Assembly: GCA_051047955.1 (NCBI GenBank)
Contig: JBPGPT010000022.1
Location: 62,001-126,000, forward strand
Direction: 5' to 3'
Length of the DNA stretch: 64,000 bases
From: Cystobasidiomycetes sp. EMM_F5
Taxonomy: Eukaryota
The translations under genes were made by a program, and so were the position numbers. Position 1 is the stretch's first letter, and each line of letters starts with the position of its first letter. Positions 50,088 through 62,921 of the stretch are shown one piece after another. Under the pieces are notes generated by a model, which was not told the DNA's origin, searched no databases, and saw only the letters and a program-made list of their open reading frames with translations.

Positions 50088-50600
50088 GATGCATCTGTTT
50101 CGCCCCGCCAAAAGTGGCGTCGACGGCTCGCAAGCCCCCAATCCCGTGTGATTGCAGGCGGACAGGGATTTCAGTGTAATATCTCATCTCCTACGTTCAC
50201 GTCCAATATCCTCTTTACCATACTCCCCTTCTTTGGTTGCCACTTCTGGTCAATGTACACACTTTGCTCTGGGCAGGAAGGAAATCAGTTCCGGTCAACT
50301 ATGTTAGGATGTACGCACAATTCAGCATGTTCTTACAATGGTGTACGAGTAGGTAAGGGCAAAACGGTATTGCTGTTGTCACTAGTATCTCTGTCGTTTC
50401 AGATGCAGCAAAGCATAGCAAAAGCTACATATCGTAGCACGAAGGTCCAGGTCTATTCGACCAGATCGGAAGCGTCTCAAGGCAAATCGTACATCCACAG
50501 ACATCCTATTACGTCTAACAAGAGCCGCTCAACCCGTACAGACCACCTCCACCTCCACAATTACTCACTAGGCTGAATAGGTACATTACACTCACAAGCC

Positions 50601-52483
50601 TTACAAGGCTACGCCATACATAACTATCTCGATAGTCGACTGCCGCCGCGATTTCTCCTTCGCACCGCGCGTGGAGTAGGTCGAGTTGACGCGCTGCTTT
50701 CCAGACAACCCAATCGAGTAGCCATGCACTTGCTGCACAAAATCTCTGCTCTCGATGCTCTTGTGCTTGTCGTCGAAGCGACTCTCCACCTCAGCCAAGA
50801 AGGAAGCGAATGCGTCCTTGTGTGGCTGTGCCGAAGCCGACAGTACAGAGGATGCTGGCGACGAGATGGAGCTGTCCGACACTGTCTGGTCGGATAGTAG
50901 CAGACTTTGTGACAGCCCGTCGATAATGCTCTCAGACAGGTCAGCAGACCTGACAGACGACGAAAATGACGCTGATGATCGTGCAACGTCTGATGCGAAG
51001 CTTTCTTGCCGCACTCGAGGCGTCACATCGTTATCGTGGCAGCCTGCAGCTTCCCTCGCTGAAGTATACAGCGCTTGCTGCGATTTGAAACGCGAATGAT
51101 AAGCTCTAGCCGGTTTTGTCGGCCGATGCGCCGCGTTTACGATCCGTGCGGCCAGCCGACCAGCTTCCGAAGCAAGATCCGCTGCACTTCCAGAGGCCAT
51201 TGAGGCGCAAGAGGACGACGATTCGTGCGATTGAAGCAACGGCAAGCTAGGCCGTTGGGATTGTGACAATGAACTTGGTTGCTGTAAAGAAGCTGAGTTC
51301 TCTGATGGACTTGGGCTAGGTGACTGAGCCTCCGCAAGTGGCATTAGGAAGCCTCCCGAGGTCGCCATAAAGTCGATTTCGAAGGGATTTAGTGACCGTC
51401 GTTGCGGAGCTTTCGGCGTGGGAACTGCCAGAGTAGACGCAGCGGACGATTTGTTGGTGCCTGATTCACACTCGCGATGGCCCTGATGACACTGCTGCCG
51501 ATTCAATACTGACGGGTCACAACAGTCAGAAGAAGGAGCAGGGGATGCGGCATTTGATCCTGGCACAGATAGATTGGCGCCCGCGGGGCCGCTAGACATG
51601 GCCGGGATTGACAGCGAGGAGGAGGATGGACCAAGAAGACCACCGCCGGCTTCTAGCATGCTGACCCATAATTGAGTCATGCGTTTACATTCGGCCGACG
51701 ATACTGGACCATTTCGGGTCAAGCTCGTCCGATTGTTCTTTGGTGATGAGCGAGGAGTATGTGACTGCGCGCTCGCTGGAAGAAGTGGACTCTGGATGAC
51801 TGGAGAGTGCGTAGCTTTGGGCATTGCGTCAGCGCCCGCAATCAGGTATGGCAGCGGGGACAGAAGCGACGGAGGAACGTCGAGCTCTGGACCTCCGAGC
51901 TGTAGTCTTGGAAGGATTGGCTTGGAGCTGGACTTCTTCATAGTATTGATATCTAGCGGCAGAGGCGGGAGCTCCTTCTGCGAGGTTGCTGTTGATAACA
52001 AGGATTACAATGCATGGAGAATTAGCCATAGCACTGCATTCTCTTTTGTGTGTGTAAAGTCTACCCACGCTGAGGAGACATGTAGCGTAACGGCGGAGCA
52101 ATATAACCAGCCTGTGACTTTTCGCCACCAGCGCGACCGTAACAGTGCGAAGAGCCAGAAGACGAAGGTTCGAAGAGCGATGGTGAGGACAGGCGCGATG
52201 TAGGCCATACTGATGACGAATGCGGGTCTCTCTGACTGGGATGCGCCTTCTTCAATTGCCTTGGCTTGTCTTCCCGAAGTACTGCGGAAGACGTGCGACC
52301 ATCCCATTCACGGCCGTGTGACGTTGTCACAGGCAGCTCGAAGATGATATTATTTGACAGAATCTGCCGCTGGGAGTAATGGTTTGAGCTAGATCCACTG
52401 ATAGAGCTTCCGAGCGAGCTTGAGGGCGCCGTCGTCGATGACATACTGATGCCAGAATCGATGCGTTCGCGCTGGCCTTTCAT
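50601..52483 (-). CDS. Hypothetical Ser-rich disordered protein, 2 exons, ending ...IEIVMYGVAL
   Basis: ORFs 52061-52483 and 50601-52001 join in frame through a GTGGGT...AACAG intron (about 52069-51991). Confidence 0.7.
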
Positions 52484-53176
52484 TGCAAGCAGTGCAACTG
52501 TGGTCTGCAGCTCTAGAGAACTACCGCGCAGATAGAAGCTGCTTGCGCTTTTCGTATGTTGCCGACGAGGTTTGCAGGTTGCTGGATGAATGTCGAGCGT
52601 GATAGAATGGCAGCTGGTCCGTCAGCTATAGCTCGCCATTAGCCGTGTTGTAAACAAGACATGTCGATATCGCCAATTGTCGCGACATGTCGCGTTGACT
52701 TCCGCTCCGGCATGCGTTGCGGCGCGTAGTCAGTTGCGAGGCATGCACGATACATCGGGCGAGAGGATGACGCGTCTGATGTATGTTGTTGGGTGCGTCG
52801 GTAGCTGTACAAGCTGCGTTGACGCGTCCTGTATCGTTTGCGGAGTTTACTTCAGTTCTTCCATACAATTTCAGTCGATGACGTAGGAAGAAATGTATAA
52901 TGCAGTGTTTGTGAGTGTAGGATACGACATGTTTCGCAATCCCATTGTTCTGCGTCGTCAGTCATCTACTACCACTCATCAACTCGTCAGCAATAATCTT
53001 GTCCCTTGATGTTGGTTTCAATCCCAAATTGCACCACTTGCAATTGCCTTGTATACAATCAGCTTTCCGTCTCGCCGACTGCATCACTATTCGAGCCCAG
53101 CGACATCAAGTCATTGAAAGCTGCCGTCTGGACTGCTCTCGCAACCATTCGTCCATTCGCTCATCCGACATCAATC

Positions 53177-55509
53177 ATGACGCATTTCCAGGATGGGACG
53201 ACCCCATCAGCTGCCATCAGTCCAATTGACGTAGCCCACAAGCCTCCGAGTATCGCTTCCGAGCAGACTGGCGCATCAGTCCAGTCGACCTCGCCCAGCC
53301 TGCTCTCGATGAAGGCCGCAAAGCTAAAGTCCAAGATCAAATCAAAGCTGCACCGCCGGGCTGGACAGGACGGCGACGACGACGACGACGATGTGGACGA
53401 GGACGACGAGGACGGTCTCAACGACGACAATGATGCGGTTGCTGCTACCGGCGTTGTGGCCGTGGATCACGCCAACTCGAGCTCCAATCCCAATGCAAAC
53501 ATGACGGCAGCCCAGATGTACGCAGACGAGCAGCGGGCTCCAGACGATACTGCAGCCCGTATCGCGTCTCCTGCCAATAGCTTTGACGCCGACAAGGGTT
53601 CACCGCTCACAAAGACGGAAAGTATCGGCAGGCGGTCAGTCGACAGCTCTCGCGCCCACGCTCGTTCCCAGAGCGATTGGAAGCGCACGGCAGAGTTTCA
53701 CAACCTCTTCGACGAGATTACGACCGACGAGGTTCTCATTTCAGATTATACGTCGGCGTGGTTCAAGGATGTAAGGCAACCCTACCAAGATGTGCACAAA
53801 CAAGACAATCACTGACAGCGGCTTTCATCGCATCTCATCAATGTACTGCAGATCCTGCGCCATGGTCGCCTGTATGTCGGCGCAGAACACCTCGCGTTCA
53901 GCTGTTCCATTATCGGTTTGAAGGCCCAGGTAAGGATCCAGTCGTTCTCTACGAGCATATCTGGACTCAAGCATACGTATGTCTATGCTCATTCACAAAC
54001 GCAACTCCTTCATCCAGGTTGTTATCTCGTACAGTGATATCGCGTCCATGTGAGTTTGACCGATGTTCATATACGTCATGTAGAAGGCTAATCAAAGCAC
54101 TACAGCGAGAAGACCGTCACCGCCAAAGTAATTCCCAACGCTATTAGTATAACACTGAAGAACGGTGAAAATGTGCGTCTCGCTCTCACGTGTCTCATTA
54201 TTCCGCAAACCCTGATATGCGTTGCATTCGGCAGTATTTATTCTCGTCCTTTGTCACTCGCGACGCGTCTTATGATCTCATTGTCGACTCTTGGAGGGGC
54301 GAGAACTCTTCGGCGTATGAAAGCATGCTGGCGGATCAAGCGGAATCTTCGGGTTTGGCAGGCCCAGACGAGACTGTTGTAGCTGCATCACCCTCGCCTG
54401 CCGCGACACCCAAAACTGCATCGAGTGCACCCGCGTCCGGTGGTCTGCCGACAAAAGAAGGCTCGGCAGCCGTAACTACGAAAGCTCCTCACGCATCTAC
54501 CGATTGCTCCGGTAACCACTTCAAGGAGACATCCCTAGATGTACGTTTCCCAAGCGACCCGATCAAGATCTACGAGTTGCTATACCACAATTCCGAGTTC
54601 TTGCAAACTTTCTGGAAGACCCAGAAGCTCACAGATACGAAGATTGGTGAATGGCAAGGTGGCAAGAGAAGTACGAGCTACACCAAACCCTTGAACGGAA
54701 GCGTTGGACCATCGTCCACGACTTGCTATATCGATGATGAGGAGCTGGCGGCCGACCCGGAAAAAGCATATGAGATCTTGTCTATCACCAAAACTCCGGA
54801 TGTTCCGTCCGGAGGAAGGTAGGACCGGTATTACCTGCCATTATAGGTACCAGTACTGACTCGCATTGCTCTGCAGCTTCCAAGTCGAGACGAAGAGTTG
54901 CCTGACTTGGGCGGGAGGATCTAAAGGAGGGTGTCGTTTGTTCGTGTCAACAGAGTGCAAGTGGTCCGGGAAAAGTTGGATCAAGGGTACGCACAATATT
55001 ACATTGCAGCGATTTCGATTAACCAATCAATTCTGTGTACCTCTGATACAGGCATCGTAACTTCAGCTTCGATTGCTGGACAAAGGGAGTACAATATAGC
55101 GCTCGCCAAAGCCGTTCGAGCCCACATCAAGTCTCACCCTGCCGAATTTGGAGCCAGTGACTCGAATGCACCAGAAGCCGACGACGAAGTAGGAACTGAC
55201 GAAGTCAATCCCGAAAGAGCTGAGAAGGAAGCAGTCGCGACGGGATCTCACAGCCCGTCCTTTCGGACGATCGTCTCCGATCCTTTCGGCAACCAAAACC
55301 TCCCACTTACGATCCTGGCTCTCTCGAATATCGCGCTTCTCATCTTCATCCTACTCACCTGGTCGTTCTCGGGCAAAGCTACCAAAGTAACGAAATCAGT
55401 CATGTCTGCAGTCAACGAACAAGAAGCAATTGTTCGTCTGCAGCGACTGGAGACTTCTTGGGCTAAATTCAAGCAATGTGTAGATATACTTACAAAGGAC
55501 GATATATAA
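53177..55509 (+). CDS. GRAM + VASt (StART-like) + TM membrane-contact-site sterol transfer protein (LAM/Ysp2/Aster family)
   Basis: GRAM: EFHNLF...DYTSAW..DILRHGRLYV...IPNAISI...FSSFVTRDASYDLI. VASt: SYTKPLNGSVGP...TKTPDVPSG...FQVETKSCLTWAG...WSGKSWIKG. C-terminal TM and short coiled coil. Confidence 0.88.
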
Positions 55510-55759
55510 GCAATACTGCATGACCTAGACCTTATTCAGTGAGCATCCTTGTGTCGTGTAAAATATAGATGCTACGCATCGAGATTGTCTGTAGCTATAG
55601 AGATCAAACACGTCATCGACAGCGAACGCATGCGTGTCAGCTTTTTCGGTCGAGGCGTGGCAGCAAATTCGTTTTGTGCCCTGTGCTGCCGATTACTCCG
55701 ACTGGTGTGAACAACAACACATGTTTGAAATTCAAGCTACTTTGGCAACTAGCTAATTA

Positions 55760-57674
55760 TCACCGCACAGATAACGGCGGCTGCACCAACGGTATCCGCG
55801 TGACATCAAAGACTTCAGCTTTAAACGCTTCGAGATCTTCTGCTGCAATATCCTCCTCCTTCGGTATAGAGTCAGGATAGTCTCCTTGTCTCAATGTACT
55901 GGCAGTGTTTCCAAACGCAGACGCGGCTCCACCGAAGGCCGGCGTGCTCTTGCCAAAGGATGTCGTGCCAAATGCAGACTGTGATGGAGCGAATGCACTA
56001 CTTGATGTATTCCCGAAGGCCGTCTGGCCGAATGCAGAAGCTGAAGGGGTTGATGTTTTGTCAAATGCTATAGATTATGCTTAGCCGAAGTCTAGTGATA
56101 CAAACATGCGTATGATCAAACCTACCAGATGCTGTCTGAGCTGCGAATGCAGGAGCAGCAGGGGTTTGGGGTGTTGCCGAAGCTCCAAAGCCCGATGAGC
56201 CAAATGCCGGTTTCGTAGGTGTACTGGTACTGCCAAATGCGCTTGTTTGGCCAAACGCAGATTGCGGAGCAGTAGGAGCAGGATTGTTAAACGCTGAAGT
56301 TGCACTGATCATTGCCGGTGGTCCGAATGCCGATTTTGGGACCGCAGTCTGCCCGAATGCAGAAGTTGGCGCAGAGGTCTGACCAAAGGCAGAGGTAGGA
56401 GCTGAAGTTTGTCCAAAAGCGGATGGCTGCGATGCGCCGAATGCCGACGGTGTGCTCTGCTGCGTATTGCCTTAGATGTGCAATGTGTGAGCACAATCTA
56501 TTGTATAAAGTCAAGATAGGCCACCTACCGAAAGCTGAAAAGGATGTTCCGCCAAAGCCAGGCTTTGCTTGTGTAGAAGAAGTCGTACCGAAGGCAGATG
56601 GTGTCTGAGGGTTACCGAATGCCGAGGCCTGACCGAACGCAGATTTCGTAGCATTGCTGGCAAAGGCACCGAAAGCAGATGTGGTAGCCGGCTTTGCAAA
56701 AGCGCTTACACCCGCTGCGGGTGAGTTTGTCTGTCCGAAAGCACTTCCTCCAAACGCCGAGGGTTTGGATGTCTGCCCGAAAGCACTGACAGGTTGTGTG
56801 GAGGTGCTTCCGAAGGCTGATCCTCCGAATGATGTAGGCTGTTTACCGAATGCGCTGGTATTGTTACCAAACGCGGACACGACGGGCGGGGCAGCTTGCT
56901 GCGTGTGGGATTGACTTCTCGCGAAAGCTACCGCTTGATCTAGGTTGTTCAGTATGTTGTTGTATGCCGCAGTCACCTTTTCGTGGAGTGCATCCTCCGG
57001 CTGCGCAGAAGTAACAGAACAATTGACATTGGCTTACCGGGTCAGCGTGCACAGTTTACAAGACCTACATAAAGCGCCGGATTGTTTGCCAGTCGGGCCT
57101 CGTAGAACTTGGCTCGCAGCTCATCTTGAGACACATCCTCGTTGGCGATCAGGAGCTTTTCCCCTTTGGCCGGGCCGTACGAGGAGAAAGGCCACAGTGG
57201 TCGTTCTTCGGTCAGATCTTTGCGGATTGTGCTGGCGCTATTGTACGTGGAACGAGTCAGCAGCATCGATAGAATTGTCTGAATGCATCGCACTCGAATG
57301 CAGGCGCGGCGGGGGCAGAGGTGGCTGCCTTTAAATTAGCTGGCGTTCCTTTAGACCCTCCGCCGGGATGTTCGCTGCGAGAAGGGCGTCAGCAGAATGA
57401 TGTTGGGGCGAGGTTGCATAAAGCCGGCGTACTTCTGCAACGCCAAACATCAGCCTTTCTTTCCGGCAGACCGAGCAGAGTACTTGCAAAGCATTGGGAT
57501 CCATATTTGCAGTCTAGCAAGCGATGAATCACTCAGCAAAGACGGCTGAAGCGGTCAATTGCAATACTGACTGCCGCGAAGGTAGAACTGGCAGCTGCGG
57601 AGTGAGCGGGCAGTAGAGAGTCAGTCGGGACATCCTCATCAGCGCCATATCCAATATGCAGCGTACATTGCCAT
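55760..57674 (-). CDS. NUP42: FG nucleoporin Nup42/Amo1 (CG1/NUPL2-like) with N-terminal CCCH zinc finger, multi-exon
   Basis: Spliced N-terminus [23 protein letters not shown], then RPLWPFSSYGP...DVSQDELR, numerous SAFG/AFG repeats, and C-terminal LEAFKAEVFDVTRIPLVQPP (Gle1-binding-type tail). Confidence 0.9.
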
Positions 57675-57772
57675 TATAAAGCTTCAAGACATCCGTTTGA
57701 ATGGGTCCGAAGCTGACCTTTATCTGATTCAAATCGCAGCTCTCCATCCCGACAACCGGGACATCCGCCAGG

Positions 57773-60053
57773 ATGGACGTGGACGACGAGGACACTGCTG
57801 GCATACTGAGTCAAAATACGACGGGCGACCACAGTCTGGCTGGGTCGGGCATGTCGACCCCGGCTGGTCGAGGTGCCCGGACTCCGCACTTCAATATGAC
57901 CGCAATGACTACTGAATACTACACTGAGCGGGATGTGAACGGCGACGACGACGACGAGGATGACAGCCTATCGTTCCCCGGCAGTCCCAAGGCGGCCACG
58001 ACGCCCACGTTCAATCAGAGTTACGCCAACCTCAAGCGGACGCTGAGCTACAAGAGCCTTCGCGAGATTGAGCTCAAGCACGTCCAGGATCAGCTGTGGC
58101 GTAGAAAGAACGAGACGCGAAAAAGACCGAAAGATATCGAGCAACTAGCCATTTACGCGTGTTCGGCAGCCACTCGTGCGGTCGCGTTTATTGACAACAG
58201 ACAGACGACGCTGAGTAGTGCGACTGGACAGGCGCCTTCCTTCTTGGCTTTGGACTGAGAGCCGGCGTCAACCTCGTCACTACTCTGATCCGGCTCATTC
58301 AGAGAAGGTCGGTGCAGCAGAGCAGAGTTGACATTAGACAGCTGACCTTCCACAAAGAAAACTCGGCGTCCAGCTACTCCTGCACGCCATCTTTACCAAG
58401 GAATCTTTTCGCTTTGGTGGAATGTTTGGCAGTTTTGTAAATTGTAATACTGGCGCAACGGCAACATTAAGCTGATCCAATACGGGCCGCTCAAAGGTAT
58501 TCCTCTGGAAAGTCGCGCTGCACTTGCTTCGTATCTACAATCCAGGCTCCAAGGGCCGAAAGAGGACTGAAGGATGGCACGCTCCCGTAGCTGGAGCAAT
58601 ATCCGGATTGGCAATTTTAGCAGAAAGCACGAGAAATCGCGCAGGTATCGCGCAGCAGGTATTTGTGCGGTGCGTGCGAGCTGATTTGGCACGATGCCGA
58701 GCACCGCTCAAGTCGCTGCACAATTTCTAGTGGATTGCAGGGCTGGTATAATATTCTACATGCGCGAGGATACGTCAATATCCCACATGGTGACATCCTA
58801 TTATTCGGTCTATCATGTGGCCAAATCGTGAGTCCGAGTCGGGTTCCGCCAAGTCTGTGCTGACTCTAGCTGCAAAAGATGTACGCATGGCTTGTAGGTC
58901 TGACATCCTTGGCCCCTGGCACAGCTATATTGAGAATTCCACAAGGTCTCACCCGAAGCGCTCAACCCCGGCTATAATCAGTGGATACTAAACGCTTCGA
59001 AAGTTCCGGGACCTGTGCTACCTTGGGTTGTGGTGCGTAGCGTTGCGCAACGACAGCAGAAGCAGCTTCTGAAAGTGTACCGCAGGCGAGACATAAGCGC
59101 ACGAATGAGATGCCGCCGTTGGAGAGTGCATACAAAATCCTCTCACGGCGGGACGTGACGCCCATGAATGCTTTACGGATCGAGAAACTCATTGACGACT
59201 GCCAAAAAGGCGATTATGGCGTAGCCTTTCCTCCGTGGTAAGCACAATCTAATTCGTTCAATATTTCCGGAGACTTAAGACTGCCTTCAGTGAATTGGTT
59301 CATCCATGGCTTGACTCGTGCAGAGTGACACAGTTAACGCGCTGGCGTGATGTGTTTGGCTGGATCTTTCCCGTCTACGCCGCGCTACACTTCATACCGC
59401 CGATACTGCTTAAGCGCAAGCAATTCGCAAAAGCGTAAGCAAGGCAATGAGCATTCGCTCTCAAGCTAAGCACTAACGCTCGCACCACACAGGCCACTGC
59501 CTCAATTGCTACGAAGTTTGAAGGGCACGATTCGGTCATCTGCTTTCCTGAGCACCTTTGTCGTAATATTCCAAGCGCAAGTCTGCTTTCGCCATCAGAC
59601 TTGGGGCTTTGCACAAAAGCTGCCAAAGTATCTCCAAGCCCTGTGGCTGACAAAGTATTAGTAAGTTTCACTAAACAGCTTCAAGATTGCGCAAGCGGCT
59701 GAGCCTTTCGCTTCAGCTACTGGGTGATGGGACTTTCAACTTGCTTGTCGCTGTTCATCGAGGACAAGCGAAGGCGCGGAGAGCTGGCCATGTACGTTCT
59801 GCCTAAAGCGCTAGAATCTGCGTGGTCTATCGCTCGTCGAAGGGCGTATGTACCGTTCAGTACGTCCATCATACTTTCAAAGTGACAATTGAGCAAAAGA
59901 TCAAGGCTGAAAAGGTGACTCACAGTCCCTGCTGGCGAAGTCTTGCTCAGCTGCTCAGCTCTTTCGATGGCAATGAGTACTTATCAGCATGAGCCAGACA
60001 TGCTCTCCGGTCTGGTGCGCACTATTCTGTACCAACTTGTTGGACTGGATTAG
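57773..60053 (+). CDS. TMEM135-like (Tim17/PMP24-related) multi-pass membrane protein, many exons
   Basis: AFLLGFGLRAG, VAGAISGLAIL.E, HGDILLFGLSCGQIMYAW, HPWLDSC, PVYAALHFIP, RSSAFLSTF and IEDKRRRGELAMYVLPKALES. Confidence 0.82.
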
Positions 60054-60192
60054 ATTTGTAGGCGATCATGGAGCGCGAGCGGACAGCGCAAACAGCGATT
60101 TACTGGCACTTGGAAAAGGATGCGAGTCATGCCGATGACAGGAAGGCTACTGCATACTCAGCGTTCCAATGGGTGTGCATACAAAAGTACAG

Positions 60193-60216
60193 GGAATGTC
60201 AGGAATGTCAGGAATG
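60193..60216. repeat. Three GGAATG hexamers at 9-bp period (GGAATGTCA unit)
   Basis: GGAATG at 60193, 60202 and 60211. Confidence 0.85.
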
Positions 60217-61335
60217 AAGAGGGCGCATACATCCAACAGGTCGAGCAGAACCCCTCATGCGATATGCCAACAGCGCACGACCCGGAGTAAGTACAGTGGG
60301 CGCGGAGCAGACCATCCGGAGAGCTGAGCGGTCAGTCGGAGTGGTGAGTTAAATTTAATTCGAGCAATTCCGCTCGGCGCGCAGGGGCATCGCTTATTTG
60401 CTGTCTCTCCTTCACTGTAGGACAGCACAGCGATTTTGTCCTACGACTCGATCCACAAGCACAACCAGCGAGAGCTACATACGTTTGATGGCAGAGACAA
60501 CCTCATAGGAAGATGCGGTATCGCTTCGCAGGAAACATCAGGCAGTGTTAAGAGAGCAGGGTCAATAAGGCAATATAGCGAGCTATGGCTTGAGTACGAA
60601 AACTTGTCGTCAGATGCACGGCAAATTTCGTAAAGTTGCACATCTGCAGTAATCGATGGCATACCAATGATCTGCGTGGATGCGCACATATGAAGGCAAT
60701 ACCCGTTGCGGGGCCTGACGTGATCTCTGCATAATCCGTCATACTCCGAAACGGAGAGGACGAAGGGACGGCTGTAAAAGTAACTTGAAAAGGTATCGAT
60801 GCAGCTACGGATTGCTTGCCTGTGCTCTCCCTGTCACTGACTGTACTCGTGTTGATGACTGACCGGTCGATACGGCGTTGCACACCACAGCTAACGCATT
60901 GCACATCTGGAGCGTCGGTAGATTGCAAACCTGACCTTCTCACCGTTTCTGACATACATGCTAAACGTAGACGCAACGATGGTCTATACTTCCCTTCGCG
61001 GCTGTATCGGGCCATACCATTTGACCTCCAGGCACGGCCGCAAATCATGTTTTTCTCTCTAAAGAAGAAAGCGGCCGCACTCGTCCAAGCGAAGCATCGA
61101 TGTCAAGAATGGCCTGCAGTACTGCAAATGTACCCAACTAGACGACATCCTGGTGCTATCGCATGGCAGCAGATTTTGCAGATCGCCTACCGCGCAGCCT
61201 CACTGACGTAGTTTCTCCCCTTTACCTGCCTGGAAGCGAATTAACATATCAGACATTTCCAGACTGCTTTGCTCTTTGATCTCTAGCCACAACTGACTCT
61301 TCTGACTACCACCTTCCAGCATCTGGCAGCCCACC

Positions 61336-62921
61336 ATGCTGTGTAAGTGTTGTTCACTAGCGTCCTCCCCGGGTTCCTGGGTAGGGGCACCAGGGACGGC
61401 ACAACTGACGCGCATAAACACCTGCAGACAAGGGCTTCAAGCAGGACATTATCGCCTGCGTGGGCGAGTTCATTGGAACTACAATGTTCATCTTTCTAGG
61501 ACTCGGAACCATCAAGACCGCACAGAGTAAGAAAAGCAGTCCACTGACGTCAAAAGCGCCACCCTGACCATACAACTTGGTGCAGATTCTCAGACGTTTG
61601 TGCAGTCGCAGACGGCTACGTCACTGTCAAATCAAACCATCCTCTTCATCTCTATCGGCATGGGTCTTTCTCTCCTCGTCACAGCTTGGACTTTCTTCCG
61701 TATCACTGGTGGTCTCTTCAATCCCGCAGTCACTCTAGCATTATGGCTCATTGGAGGATTGAAGCTAGTCCGCGCCATCTTGTTGACGGTAGCTCAAATT
61801 GTGCGCTCGCTTGATCTCTTCTACAGCCATCGACAAACACTGATAGATCATCTCATCGATAGGCTGGCGGAATCGCTGGAGCTGCTTTGGTAGAGGGTAT
61901 GACACCTTCGTCTGGCGTGTCTGCTGGAGGGGTTGCAAACACCATCACGAAGCTAGAACCAGGAATGAGCATCGTCAAGGGCGTCTTCCTCGAAGCTTTC
62001 CTGACGGCCATGCTGGTATTTGTCATTTTGATGCTGGCAGCCGAGAGTACGTCTCTTACCCTAAATTGTGTGCTTGTACGTTTGACTGACTAGCAAACAC
62101 TATAGAACACCGAGCCACTTATCTTGCTCCGGTTGGTATCGGTCTTACCCTGTTTGTATGCCAAATGTTCGGCACGCTATGGACAGGTTGCGGAATGAAT
62201 CCTGCTCGTTCATTTGGCCCATCAGTCGTTGCTGGTTCCTTCCCAGGGTGCGTCAGGCGTATGTCGCTGTTCTTGCGCGTTTGTTAACAAAGCGCTACCC
62301 ATTCTGCAGATATCACTGGATTTACTGTGAGCTTAGGCGGATTGCCTCTTGCATGGAGCAGTGCTGACGATATTGTACAACGCAGGGGTCGGACCGTTGA
62401 TTGGATCGCTCATATCCACTGCTATTTACTCACTCCTCAAGCTATTTGACTACACTTCCGTCGTACTCGGCCAAGATAGTGACGATGCTGCCAAGGCTCC
62501 TCCTATTCCAGTATTCGAGAAGGTTTGGCACGCTGGTATGGGCTACACTCGCGATCAACGCACAGCAATGCTCAGCTCAGGCATGCGCCCGGCGGACATC
62601 GAGCGAAACGAAGCTTCTATGGTGGCCACTGCCGGCACAGCTCAAATGACGCAGAAGAATGGCAATGCCAATGGCGGTCATTATATCCCAGCAGACGCGT
62701 TCGTGTCTGGCAGACCCAAGCACACTACCAGAGTGTCTGGTCGCAGAAATAATTCGGACGCGAATGGACGAATGACGACTGGAAATGTCGAGAGAGCTCC
62801 ATCGCCAGATCCACCACTCATGCACTCTGGCCAACAAGAAGTCGGTGGTCTAGGCGCTCCTGGCAAGCACGGCTCCGGTATCACCAATTCTTCCTATGTG
62901 AAGAAGGTTCTCCATACTTGA
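61336..62921 (+). CDS. Aquaporin (MIP family) with long C-terminal tail, multi-exon
   Basis: GEFIGTTMFIF, ITGGLFNPAVT, EAFLTAMLVFVILMLAAEK, TGCGMNPARSFGP and HWIYW-GP (two NPA boxes). Confidence 0.93.

Noticed and set aside
52005..52307. Membrane-protein-looking ORF (YIAPVLTIALRTFVFWLFALL...)
   Set aside because: It is an alternative frame of exon 1 plus the intron of the 50601-52483 gene, whose splice path is fully consistent.
55900..56900. Regularly recurring short repeats (GCCGAATGC/CCGAAGGC-like)
   Set aside because: These encode the SAFG nucleoporin repeats. They are not a CRISPR array or satellite.
59575..59585. GCAAGT as another GC donor in the TMEM135-like gene
   Set aside because: The frame reads through sensibly (FQAQVCFRH...) to the GTAAGT donor, so no intron is needed.
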